From NCBI GenBank assembly GCA_035761145.1, contig DASTRQ010000171.1, positions 1-52,651 of the forward strand: 52,651 bases of DNA, written 5' to 3'. Below are positions 23,167 to 31,824 of the stretch, one piece after another; the stretch's first letter is position 1, and each line of letters opens with the position of its first letter. Origin of the DNA: Gemmatimonadales bacterium (lineage in GTDB: Bacteria; Gemmatimonadota; Gemmatimonadetes; Gemmatimonadales; GWC2-71-9). The translations under genes were made by a program, and so were the position numbers. The notes beneath the pieces are model-generated. The model ran no database searches and was not told where the DNA came from. It worked only from the letters and a program-made list of their open reading frames with translations.

Positions 23167-23651
23167 CGCGCGATCCGGGCGGAGAGCAGGTGGGTGAGGG
23201 CGATGGCCACGGCGTCGGCGGCGTCGGCGGGGCGGGGCGGGGCGCTGAGGCGGAGGAGCTGGGCCACCGCGTACCCCACCTGCGGCTTGAGCGCCGCGCC
23301 CCGCCCCACGACCGCCTTCTTCACCGCGGCGGGGCTGTACTCGTGCACGGGTGCGCCGGCGGTGGCGGCGGCCAGGAGCACCACGCCGCGCGCGTGCGAC
23401 AGGATGATGGCGCTCCGCACGTTCTTCCCGTAGAAGACGCCTTCCACGGCCACGGCGTCGGGGCGGTGCCGCTCGAGGAGCTCGACGACCCCTTCGTGCA
23501 CCGCGGCCAGCCGGTCGGCCAGGGCGCGGGTGGCCGGAGTGCGCACCACCCCGCATTCGAGCAATCGCGCGCTCCCGGTCACCCGCGGGGTGCCGCTCAC
23601 GACGCCGAACCCGAGCACCGCGGTGCCCGGGTCGATGCCGAGGATCTTCAG
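23163..23651 (-). CDS. ruvC: crossover junction endodeoxyribonuclease RuvC
   Basis: (L/M)KILGIDPG..., VAVEGVFY and DAADAVAIAL catalytic motifs. The only plausible start is CTG 23651-23649, which overlaps the yebC TGA (CTGA). Confidence 0.88.
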   Translation of the reverse strand: MKILGIDPGTAVLGFGVVSGTPRVTGSARLLECGVVRTPATRALADRLAAVHEGVVELLERHRPDAVAVEGVFYGKNVRSAIILSHARGVVLLAAATAGAPVHEYSPAAVKKAVVGRGAALKPQVGYAVAQLLRLSAPPRPADAADAVAIALTHLLSARIAR

Positions 23652-24400
23652 GCCTCGGCCTCCGCCATCGCGTCGGCGTCCATCTCGAAGTTGGAGAAGA
23701 CCTTGGCCACGTCGTCGAGCTCCTCGAGCGCGTCGAGGAGCTTCATGAGCTGGGCGGCGTCCTTCCCTTCCACCTTGATGGTGTTCCGGGGCACCATCGC
23801 CACCTCGGCCGACTCGGAGTCGTACCCCTTGGCCTTGAGCGCCGCGAGCACGTTGTGCAGCTCGAACGGGGCGGTGGCGACCAGGTACTGGTCGCCGTCG
23901 CGGCTGAAGTCCTCGGCGCCCGCCTCGAGGGCGGCCTCGAGGGCCCGCTCCTCGTTCGTCACCTTGCCGGCGTCGAGGGTGATCTGCCCCTTGCGGTCGA
24001 ACAGCCAGGCCACCGAATTGGTGGCGCCAAGGGTGCCCCCGTTCCGGCTGAAGGCGTGGCGCACGTCGGCCACGGTGCGGGTGGGGTTGTCGCTGGTGGC
24101 CTCGACGTAGATGGCGACGCCGGCCGGGCCGTAGCCCTCGTAGGCCAGCTCGACGATCTGCTCCCCCTCGAGCTCGCCGGTGCCTTTCTTGACGGCGCGC
24201 TCGATGTTCGCGTTCGGCATGTTCGCCTCGCGCGCGGTGTCGATCGCCAGGCGCAGGCGGGGGTTGCCGTCGGGGTCGCCGCCGCCCGCCTTGGCGGCGA
24301 CGGTGATCTCGCGGATGAGCTTGGTCCAGGCGGAGGCGCGGCGGCTGTCGGTGACCGCCTTCTTCCGCTTGATCTGCTTCCATTTACTATGGCCGGCCAT
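23648..24400 (-). CDS. yebC: YebC/PmpR-family transcriptional regulator
   Basis: MAGHSKWKQIKRKK N-terminus is diagnostic. 250 aa. Confidence 0.93.
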   Translation of the reverse strand: MAGHSKWKQIKRKKAVTDSRRASAWTKLIREITVAAKAGGGDPDGNPRLRLAIDTAREANMPNANIERAVKKGTGELEGEQIVELAYEGYGPAGVAIYVEATSDNPTRTVADVRHAFSRNGGTLGATNSVAWLFDRKGQITLDAGKVTNEERALEAALEAGAEDFSRDGDQYLVATAPFELHNVLAALKAKGYDSESAEVAMVPRNTIKVEGKDAAQLMKLLDALEELDDVAKVFSNFEMDADAMAEAEA

Positions 24401-24490
24401 GACGCACCTCTCCGGGTCGAGCCGCGGGTCCCCACGGACCCGCAAACGCCCCGAAACTAAGGCCCCCTCCCGGGCCCGGCAACGCGGCGG

Positions 24491-24520
24491 TTGACGCCCC
24501 GGCGTCCCCGCCCTTAGGCT
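24491..24520 (+). promoter_or_regulatory. possible sigma-70-type promoter for the lipoprotein gene
   Basis: TTGACG (24491-24496), an 18-nt spacer, then TAGGCT (24515-24520), ending ~10 nt before ATG 24531. The -10 is weak and the leader very short. Confidence 0.25.
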
Positions 24521-24530
24521 TCCCGCCCTT

Positions 24531-25007
24531 ATGCGCCTCTCCACCCCGCTCGCCCTGCTCCTCGCCGCCGGCCTCGTCGCCGGCTGCGGCACCGACCGGC
24601 CCAAGCTCCCGAGCCTGCCGGCCGCGTTCGCCACCCTCCCGCTGCCGCCCAGCCCCGAGTTCCTGGGGCAGTCGGGGAGCGAGGACGCGCTGATGTTCAC
24701 CTTCCGCACGCCGGTGCCGGCCGACACGATCGCCGACTACTACAAGCGGCTCTTCGCGCGCGACTCGTCGTACAAGGTGCTCGGCGTGACGCCGGGCGCG
24801 CCGGGGGAGTGGGCGTTCTACGTGGAGTTCCGCGAGCGCCCGCTCTGGGTGCGTGTGCGCCCCGAGGCGGGGGGCGAAGGCGCGGTGGTGGAGCTCACCG
24901 GCGCGGTGATCGACCGCGCGGACAGCACCAGCCGGAGCGCGACCGCCGACTCGGCCGCGCTCGACTCCGCCCGCGCCCCGCGCGAGCGGGCGCCCGGCCA
25001 CCCCTGA
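24531..25007 (+). CDS. lipoprotein, function unknown
   Basis: Signal peptide with lipobox LVAGCG. 158 aa. Confidence 0.7.
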   Translation: MRLSTPLALLLAAGLVAGCGTDRPKLPSLPAAFATLPLPPSPEFLGQSGSEDALMFTFRTPVPADTIADYYKRLFARDSSYKVLGVTPGAPGEWAFYVEFRERPLWVRVRPEAGGEGAVVELTGAVIDRADSTSRSATADSAALDSARAPRERAPGHP

Positions 25008-25013
25008 CCGCCG

Positions 25014-25886
25014 TCAGCGGTCGGGGTCGAGCATGTCCTCGAACCTGAGCCAGCGGCGGTAGAAGTACAGGTCCACGAAGCCGGTGGGGCCGTTGCGGTT
25101 CTTGGTCACCAGCAGTTCCGTGGCCCCCTCCATTCCCCCGCCCGGCCGGTACATCTCTTCGCGGTACACCGCCAGCACCACGTCGGCGTGCTGCTTCACC
25201 TGTCCCCGTCCCCCCAGGTCGTCCAGGGTGGGACGGGGATCGTCGCGCGCGGGGTCGTGCCCCGGGAGCTGGGCCACGGCGAGCACCGCCACGTCCTCCG
25301 CGAGCGCGAGCCCCTTGAGCGCGCGCGCCGCGTGGGCGGCGGCGTCCTCGGGGGCGCCGGCGACGGGCGGCGGCACGAGCTGGAGGTAGTCCACCACCAC
25401 GAGCGCGGGGCGCGGCACCACGCGGAGCGCCTCCTCGACCTCCGCGAAGTCCCGCCCCACCAGCGGCCGCACCACGAGGGGCATCGCGCGCAGGCGCACC
25501 GCCGCGGCGCCGACCGCCGCGCGGCGCTCGTCGTCGAGCCGGCCGGTGCGGAGCTCGTCCACGGTGGCCCGCCCCTCGATGGCGAGGGCGCGCTCCATCA
25601 GGCGTTCCTCGCTCATCTCCCCCGAGAGGAAGAGCACCGGCGTCCCCGCGAGCGCGGCGCGGATCCCGATGCCCAGCGCGAGCGCGCTCTTGCCGCTGCC
25701 GATGTCGCCGCCGAGCAGCACGAGGTCGCGCCGGCGCAGCCCGCCGCCGAGGAGGCGGTCCACCGACGCGAAGCCGGTCCGGACGGTGTCCGTGCGCGGC
25801 TCGCCCTCGAGCACGGCGTCGACCTGGCGGACGACGGTCTCGATGGAAGGCCGGAGCCGGCGGGTGGGCTTCTGGGGCATGCCCAA
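25014..25886 (-). CDS. DnaB C-terminal-domain-only (RecA-fold) ATPase paralogue
   Basis: TGFASVDRLLGGGL, Walker A GDIGSGKS, Walker B VVVDYLQL and C-terminal TKNRNGPTG match the DnaB helicase C-domain. The ~170-aa N-terminal domain is missing. The track start is TTG 25886; an ATG lies at 25880. Confidence 0.75.
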   Translation of the reverse strand: MGMPQKPTRRLRPSIETVVRQVDAVLEGEPRTDTVRTGFASVDRLLGGGLRRRDLVLLGGDIGSGKSALALGIGIRAALAGTPVLFLSGEMSEERLMERALAIEGRATVDELRTGRLDDERRAAVGAAAVRLRAMPLVVRPLVGRDFAEVEEALRVVPRPALVVVDYLQLVPPPVAGAPEDAAAHAARALKGLALAEDVAVLAVAQLPGHDPARDDPRPTLDDLGGRGQVKQHADVVLAVYREEMYRPGGGMEGATELLVTKNRNGPTGFVDLYFYRRWLRFEDMLDPDR

Positions 25887-25888
25887 AG

Positions 25889-26260
25889 CTACCGCGCTCG
25901 CGCCGCTTTCGCCGCCAGCGCCAGGGCGTCCCCGGTCTCGGGACCCAGGGCGTCGCGGGCGGGCGCGGTGAGCTGGTGCAGGGCGGCGGCGGCGGCCTCG
26001 GGGGTCCCCTGGGCCAGTTCGGCGAGCGCCGCGATGAGCGCGCGCCGCACGGGGGCGGGGACCGTGAGGGTGGCGAGCCGGCGCTCGAGCGCCTCGAGGC
26101 GCCGCTGGCGCGACTTGGGCGCCGCGGGGGTCTCCTGGGCCAGGTCCTCCGCCACCCGTGTCACCAGCCAGAGGGCGAAGACCCCCTCGCGCCGCGGACC
26201 TCGCGCGGTGCGCGCCAGCTGCTCCGCGAGGCGGGTGGTGGCGGGGGACCAGAGCGTCAT
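25889..26260 (-). CDS. hypothetical Ala-rich helical protein
   Basis: ATG 26260 overlaps the GT9 stop (ATGA). GC3-rich frame. I recognise no motif. Confidence 0.5.
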   Translation of the reverse strand: MTLWSPATTRLAEQLARTARGPRREGVFALWLVTRVAEDLAQETPAAPKSRQRRLEALERRLATLTVPAPVRRALIAALAELAQGTPEAAAAALHQLTAPARDALGPETGDALALAAKAARAR

Positions 26261-27285
26261 CGGGTGAGCCGCACCAGCGCGTCCTCGACCTCGGCGGGCG
26301 CGATGTCGCGGAGGCAGCGGTGGTGCCCTTCGGGGCAGACGGGGCCGCCGAACGGCGTGCAGGGGCGGCAGGGCAGGTCGCGCTCCAGCACGGTGGCCCG
26401 CGCGTGGTACGGGTAGAAGCCGAACGGCGCCACGGTGGGTCCCATCAGCGTCACGATCGGCGTGCCCACCGCGGTCGCCATGTGCATCACGCCGGTGTCG
26501 CCCACCACGAGCGCCCCGGCGCGCTGGAGGAGCGCGCCCGTCTCCTGCAGGGCGAACTCCCCGGCGGAGTTCTCGGCGGCGGCGTCGGGGTGCGCGGCGC
26601 GGGCCGCGGCCACGATGGCGTCCCCCACCTCGCGCTCGGCGCGGCCCCCGGTCACCACCAGCGCGCGGCCCGCGGCGGCGAGCCGCGCGGCGAGGGCGGT
26701 CCAGTACTCGGGGGGCCAGCGCTTGGTGAAGTGCGCCGCGCCGGGCCCGAGCAGGGTGAAGGGCCGCCCCGCGAGCCCGCGCGCGGCGAGCCACGCGTCC
26801 ACCCGCGCCACCGCCTCGGGGGCCACGAAGAATTCGAGCCCGCCATCGTCGGGGCGCACGTCGAGCCCCTCGGCCGCGTCGAAGAAGCGCTCCGGCTCGG
26901 GCACCGCGTCGCGATAGACGTTCCGCTTGAGGCGGATCAGCACCTCGCGCGCGAACCGGCGCTTGGAGTACTCGCGCCACCGCCCCGGGACGAGCCAGTG
27001 CAGCGCGCGCGAACGGAGCCCGCCGTGGAGGTCGAGGAGGTGGGTGAACCGCCGCGCGCGGAGCGCGCGGGCCAGCGGGAGGAGCGGCTCGTCGTCGCGG
27101 TAGGTGATGACCTCCGACAGCCGGGGCGAGGCGCTCACCAGCGGCGCGAACTGCGCCTTGGTGAGGAAGGCGATGTGCGCCGCGGGGTGCCGCGCGCGGA
27201 GCGCCCGCACCAGCGCGCTCGTGAGCAGGATGTCGCCCATCGAGCTGAAGCGGACGAGGAGGATGCGGGGGGCGGCGGGGGGCAC
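26257..27285 (-). CDS. glycosyltransferase family 9 (LPS heptosyltransferase-like)
   Basis: RILLVRFSSMGDILLTSALVRAL and GDTGVMHMA are typical of the RfaF/RfaC family. GTG start. Confidence 0.85.
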   Translation of the reverse strand: MPPAAPRILLVRFSSMGDILLTSALVRALRARHPAAHIAFLTKAQFAPLVSASPRLSEVITYRDDEPLLPLARALRARRFTHLLDLHGGLRSRALHWLVPGRWREYSKRRFAREVLIRLKRNVYRDAVPEPERFFDAAEGLDVRPDDGGLEFFVAPEAVARVDAWLAARGLAGRPFTLLGPGAAHFTKRWPPEYWTALAARLAAAGRALVVTGGRAEREVGDAIVAAARAAHPDAAAENSAGEFALQETGALLQRAGALVVGDTGVMHMATAVGTPIVTLMGPTVAPFGFYPYHARATVLERDLPCRPCTPFGGPVCPEGHHRCLRDIAPAEVEDALVRLTR

Positions 27286-27449
27286 GGGGGTAATGTACGC
27301 GGTCCGATGCCCGAAGTCCGAGGTCCGAGGTGCGGAGTCCGGGGTGTCGGGATGCCGGCCTCCCTGTGTCCCGGACTTCGCCCTTCGGACGCTTCCCCTC
27401 CGCTCCCCTGCCTCCTGTGCCGAACACCCCGCCCCCCCTAACTTCCAGC

Positions 27450-29024
27450 ATGGCCCGCCCCAAGCGCATCCTCTGGGTGGATGACGAGGTCGACTCGCTC
27501 ACCTCCCAGATCCTCTTCCTCGAGCAGCAGGGATTCGAGGTGGAGCGCGCCGCGCACGGCGACGACGCGCTGGTGCTGCTGCAGCGGCTCGACGTGGGCG
27601 TGGTGCTGCTCGACGAGCAGATGCCGGGGCGGCGGGGGCTCGAGCTCTTCCGGGACATCCGCGCGCACGACCCCGCGATGCCGGTGGTGATGGTCACCAA
27701 GAGCGAGGAGCCCGAGGTGCTCAAGGACGCCATCGGCGCCGAGGTGAGCGACTACCTGGTGAAGCCGGTGCACCCGCGGCAGGTGCTCACGGTGGTGACG
27801 CGGCTGCTCGAAGGGGACCGGATCCGGCAGCAGCGCCTCTCGCGCGATTTCGCGACGCGCTTCCGCGAGCTCGAGGCGCGCCGGGGCGAGGCGCTGCAGT
27901 GGCGGGAGTGGGTGGAGCTCACGGCCGAGCTGGCGCAGTGGGAGGCGCGGCTGGGCGAGGCGGACGAACCGGGGCTCCAGTCGGCGCTCGAGGGGCTGCA
28001 GGAGGCGCTCCGTCCCGACTTCGCGCGGTTCATCGCGCGGGAGTACCCGCGCTGGCTGGCCGACGACGCCGCCGACCGTCCCCCCCTCTCGGTGGATGTG
28101 GGGGCGGAATTCCTGCGCCCCGTGCTCGACGCGCACGGCAAGGCGCTGCTGGTGGTGGTGGACTGCCTGCGGCTCGACCAGTGGGAGGTCCTCCACCCGC
28201 TGCTCGCGCCGCGGTTCGAGGTCGAGACGGCGCACTATTTCTCGATCCTCCCCACCGCCACCCCCTTCGCGCGGAACGCGATCTTCTCGGGGCTCTTCCC
28301 GCTGGAGCTCCGCCGGCGGCATCCCGCGTGGTGGGGGGACCCGGCCGACGAATCGAGCCTCAACGCGCACGAGGCGGCGCTCCTGGCCGAGCAGCTGCAG
28401 ACCCTCACCGGCCGCGCGGTCCCGGTGCGCTACGAGAAGGTCTTCAGCGCCGGCGACGGCGAGGCGCTCCTCAAGCGGCTGCCGGCGCACCTGGCGCAGG
28501 AGGGGGTGACGGCGCTGGTCTTCAACTTCGTGGACCAGCTGGTGCACGGGCGCACCGAGCACAGCACCCTGCTCGAGGTCGCGCGCGACGCCGGTGCCAT
28601 CCGCCGGCTCACCCGCGCCTGGTTCGAGCGTTCGGCGCTGCTCGAGGCGCTCAAGGAGGCGGAGCGCCGCGACGTGCCGGTGCTCCTCACCACCGACCAC
28701 GGCTCCATCCACTGCTTCACCCCGGCCACCGTCTTCGCCCGGCACGACGTGACCAGCAACCTGCGCTACAAGTTCGGCGAGGACCTCCGCGCGGAGGATC
28801 CCGAGGCCGCCATCAGCGTCACCGACCTCGCGGCCTGGGGGCTCCCGGCGCGCGGGCCGCGCGAGCGGCTCCTGCTGGCCACCGGGGACCGGTTCTTCGT
28901 GTATCCCACCAAGCTGCGGGAGTACCAGGCGCGCTATCGCGGCGCGTTCCTCCACGGCGGGGTGACGCCCGAGGAGGTGGTGCTCCCCATCGCCCTGCTC
29001 ACGCCGCGCCGGGGGCGTCCGTGA
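27450..29024 (+). CDS. PorX-like response regulator: CheY receiver fused to PglZ (alkaline-phosphatase-fold) domain
   Basis: Receiver residues are present: DDE, LLDEQMPG (phospho-Asp), VMVTKS, YLVKP. PglZ motifs are present: VVVDCLR, ILPTATPFARN, TTDHGS, LHGG. Confidence 0.8.
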   Translation: MARPKRILWVDDEVDSLTSQILFLEQQGFEVERAAHGDDALVLLQRLDVGVVLLDEQMPGRRGLELFRDIRAHDPAMPVVMVTKSEEPEVLKDAIGAEVSDYLVKPVHPRQVLTVVTRLLEGDRIRQQRLSRDFATRFRELEARRGEALQWREWVELTAELAQWEARLGEADEPGLQSALEGLQEALRPDFARFIAREYPRWLADDAADRPPLSVDVGAEFLRPVLDAHGKALLVVVDCLRLDQWEVLHPLLAPRFEVETAHYFSILPTATPFARNAIFSGLFPLELRRRHPAWWGDPADESSLNAHEAALLAEQLQTLTGRAVPVRYEKVFSAGDGEALLKRLPAHLAQEGVTALVFNFVDQLVHGRTEHSTLLEVARDAGAIRRLTRAWFERSALLEALKEAERRDVPVLLTTDHGSIHCFTPATVFARHDVTSNLRYKFGEDLRAEDPEAAISVTDLAAWGLPARGPRERLLLATGDRFFVYPTKLREYQARYRGAFLHGGVTPEEVVLPIALLTPRRGRP

Positions 29025-30832
29025 ACACCTGGCGCCGGCTCATCGGCCAGCTGCGGCCCTACCGGGGCCGGTACGCGCTGGCCGTGCTCCTCTACGCCGC
29101 CGGGTCGGTGCTCGACGGCGCGGTGGTGGTGCTCATCATCCCCCTCCTCAAGTACCTCTTCGGCGAGGCGGGCGCGCTCGGCGGCGGGCACTCGGGGCTG
29201 GAGCGCTTCACCGAATGGCTGCTCCACCCGGTGCTGGCCGGCACCACCCCCGAGCAGGCGGTGCTCCGGGTGGTGGGGCTGCTGGTGGTCTCGCTGGTGG
29301 TGAAGAACGCCACCACCTACGCGGCGGGGCAGCTCTCGGTGGCGGTGCAGGAGGGGGTGGTGCGTGACCTCCGCACCTCGCTCTTCGCCCACCTGATGAC
29401 GCTCGACCTCCAGCTCTTCCAGCGGATGCGCGGGGGCCAGCTGCTGCAGCGCGTCATCACCGACGTGGACCAGAGCAAGACGGTCGTCAGCACCACCCTG
29501 GCGCGGCTGCTGCAGAACCTGTTCGAGATCATCGTGGCGGTGACGATCCTCCTTGCCGCCTCGTGGCGCCTCACGCTCCTGGCGTTCATCGGCGCGCCGC
29601 TGCTGGTGCTCGGGATGCAGTTCCTCGTGAAGCGCCTGCGGCGGCAGTCGCGCGCCCGCGCCGACGAGTGGGGCGAGATCACGAGCTACGTCGCCGAGCG
29701 CCTCGGCGCGATGAAGCTGATCCGGAGCTACGGCGCCGAGGCCCAGGAGCGCCAGCGCTTCCAGGCGCAGGCCAGCACCTACCGCCGCCGGGTGATCCGC
29801 ACCCAGCGCTACGCCTCGATGACGAGCCCGGTGAGCGAGCTCTTCGGCGGGATGGTGCTGGTGCTCATCCTCTGGGGCGGCACCCGGGCGGTGTTCGCGC
29901 ACCAGGGGCTCACGCCGCAGACGCTCATCTCGTTCCTCATCACCGCGCTCCGGATGCTCTCGCCGATCAAGTCGATCAGCCAGTTCCCGGCCACGATCGC
30001 CGTGGGGCTCGCGAGCGCCGACCGGGTGTACCAGCTGCTCGACACCCCGGGGAGCGAGGCCGACGCGCCGGGGGCGCGGCCGGCGAGCTTCGGCCGCGAG
30101 ATCGCCTTCGAGGACGTGCGCTTCCGCTACGGCGAGGACCGCGACGTGCTGCACGGCGTGAGCTTCACCGTGCGCCGGGGCGAGGTGGTGGCGCTGGTCG
30201 GGCCGTCGGGCTCGGGGAAGACCACGCTGGTGGAGATGCTCCCCCGCCTCCACGACCCCACCGGCGGGCGCGTCACCCTCGACGGCGTGCCGCTCACCGC
30301 GCTCGAGCGGCGGTCGGTGCGGGCCCTCATCGGGCTGGTGAGCCAGGACACGGTGCTGCTCAACGACACGGTGCGCAACAACATCACCTTCGGCCACGCC
30401 GGCGCCACCGACGCCCAGGTCGAGGCCGCGGCCCGCGCCGCCAACGCGCACGAGTTCATCGCCCAGCTCCCCGACGGGTACGCCACCGCGCTCGGCGAGC
30501 GCGGCACCCGGCTCTCCGGGGGGCAGCGCCAGCGCATCGCCATCGCGCGCGCCCTCCTGCGCGACCCGCCGATCCTCCTCCTCGACGAGGCCACGAGCGC
30601 CCTCGACACGGAGTCCGAGCGGCTGGTGCAGGAGGCCATCGACCGGCTGATGCGCGACCGCACGGTGCTCGTGATCGCCCACCGGCTGGCCACGGTGCGC
30701 GACGCCGACCGGATCCTCGTCCTCCACGAGGGCCGCATCGTGGAGCAGGGGGACCACGAGGCGCTGTACGCCGCGGGGGGGCTGTACCGCCGGCTCTACG
30801 ACCTGCAGTTCCGCGAGGAGCCCGCGGCGTGA
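29021..30832 (+). CDS. ABC exporter, fused permease/ATPase (MsbA-like)
   Basis: Six-TM exporter domain plus Walker A GPSGSGKTT, signature LSGGQRQR and Walker B ILLLDEATSALD. The GTG start overlaps the upstream TGA (GTGA). Confidence 0.85.
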   Translation: MNTWRRLIGQLRPYRGRYALAVLLYAAGSVLDGAVVVLIIPLLKYLFGEAGALGGGHSGLERFTEWLLHPVLAGTTPEQAVLRVVGLLVVSLVVKNATTYAAGQLSVAVQEGVVRDLRTSLFAHLMTLDLQLFQRMRGGQLLQRVITDVDQSKTVVSTTLARLLQNLFEIIVAVTILLAASWRLTLLAFIGAPLLVLGMQFLVKRLRRQSRARADEWGEITSYVAERLGAMKLIRSYGAEAQERQRFQAQASTYRRRVIRTQRYASMTSPVSELFGGMVLVLILWGGTRAVFAHQGLTPQTLISFLITALRMLSPIKSISQFPATIAVGLASADRVYQLLDTPGSEADAPGARPASFGREIAFEDVRFRYGEDRDVLHGVSFTVRRGEVVALVGPSGSGKTTLVEMLPRLHDPTGGRVTLDGVPLTALERRSVRALIGLVSQDTVLLNDTVRNNITFGHAGATDAQVEAAARAANAHEFIAQLPDGYATALGERGTRLSGGQRQRIAIARALLRDPPILLLDEATSALDTESERLVQEAIDRLMRDRTVLVIAHRLATVRDADRILVLHEGRIVEQGDHEALYAAGGLYRRLYDLQFREEPAA

Positions 30833-31821
30833 GCCCCCCGCCGCCGTTCGCCGGCCGCACGGTGGTCCTCGTGGGCCGCGTCGACGACGGGGCCCACGCG
30901 CACACCCCCCTCAAGCGCCGCGCCCTCGAGCGGCTCGGCTGCGCCGTGGCCATGGTCGAGCCGCGCCCGCGCGGGCTCCTGGCCCGGTTCCGCGGCGGCG
31001 ACCTCGTCGCCCGCGTGGGCGAGGCGCTCCGCGACCGTCGTCCCGACCTCGTGCTCGTGCTCGGCGCCGACGGCCCCGCCCCCGCCGCGGTGGACGAGCT
31101 GCGCCAGGTGCACGCCTGCCCCTGGGCGCTCTGGTGGCCCAGCGACGCGGGGCGGCACCCGACCTGGGACCTCGTGCGCGCGGTGGACCACACCTGGGTC
31201 ACCGGGCGCGACCTGGTCGGCAAGGTGCCGGGGGTGCGCTTCCTCCCCCACGCCGCCGACCCGTCGGTGCACCGTCCCCTCCGGTCGCGCGACGAGTTCC
31301 GCGCCAACGTCGTCTTCGCGGGCGAGGCCACCCCGCGGCGCGAGGCGATGGTGGCCGCGGTGCTCGAGTTCGGCGTGGCGGTGTGGGGGCGCGGGTGGCG
31401 GCAGACCCGCCTGCGCGACTACTGCCGCGGCGAGGCGGTGAGCGGCGAGGACTACCTGCGCGCCTACGCCGGCGCCACCGTGGCGCTCAACATCCACCGC
31501 GAGGGCCCCGACGGGACGACGCCGGGGGCGAGCGGGTGCAACGCGCGCACGTTCGAGCTCGCCGCGATGGGGCTGGCGCAGGCGGTGGACGCGCGCGAGG
31601 ACCTCCCCGCGCTCTTCACCCCCGGCGAGGAGCTCCTGGTGTACGAGGATCCGGAGGGGCTCCGGGCGCTGGTGCGCGAGCTCGTGGCCGACCACGCCCG
31701 CGCCGAGGCGCTGGGGCAGGGCGCGCGCCGCCGCGCGCTCGGCGAGCACACCTACATCCACCGGCTCACCACGCTCCTCGAGGCGGCGCTCCCGGCCCGC
31801 GCGGACGACCCGGCGGAGTAG
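30829..31821 (+). CDS. CgeB-family (Glyco_trans_1_2-like) glycosyltransferase
   Basis: NVVFAGEA..., ALNIH..., CNARTFELAAMG..., LVYEDPEGL... resemble the CgeB/DUF3880 architecture. GTGA overlap with the exporter. Confidence 0.6.
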   Translation: MSPPPPFAGRTVVLVGRVDDGAHAHTPLKRRALERLGCAVAMVEPRPRGLLARFRGGDLVARVGEALRDRRPDLVLVLGADGPAPAAVDELRQVHACPWALWWPSDAGRHPTWDLVRAVDHTWVTGRDLVGKVPGVRFLPHAADPSVHRPLRSRDEFRANVVFAGEATPRREAMVAAVLEFGVAVWGRGWRQTRLRDYCRGEAVSGEDYLRAYAGATVALNIHREGPDGTTPGASGCNARTFELAAMGLAQAVDAREDLPALFTPGEELLVYEDPEGLRALVRELVADHARAEALGQGARRRALGEHTYIHRLTTLLEAALPARADDPAE

Positions 31822-31824
31822 CGC

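Noticed and set aside
25014-25886. Calling this gene dnaB (the replicative helicase).
   Set aside because: The N-terminal domain is entirely absent and several invariant C-domain motifs are substituted. It is annotated only as a DnaB-C-like paralogue.
27450-29024. PglZ domain as part of a BREX/DISARM-type phage defence system.
   Set aside because: No BrxA/B/C, PglX methyltransferase, BrxL or other BREX components are nearby. The PglZ domain is fused to a CheY receiver (PorX architecture) and embedded in glycosyltransferase/exporter genes.
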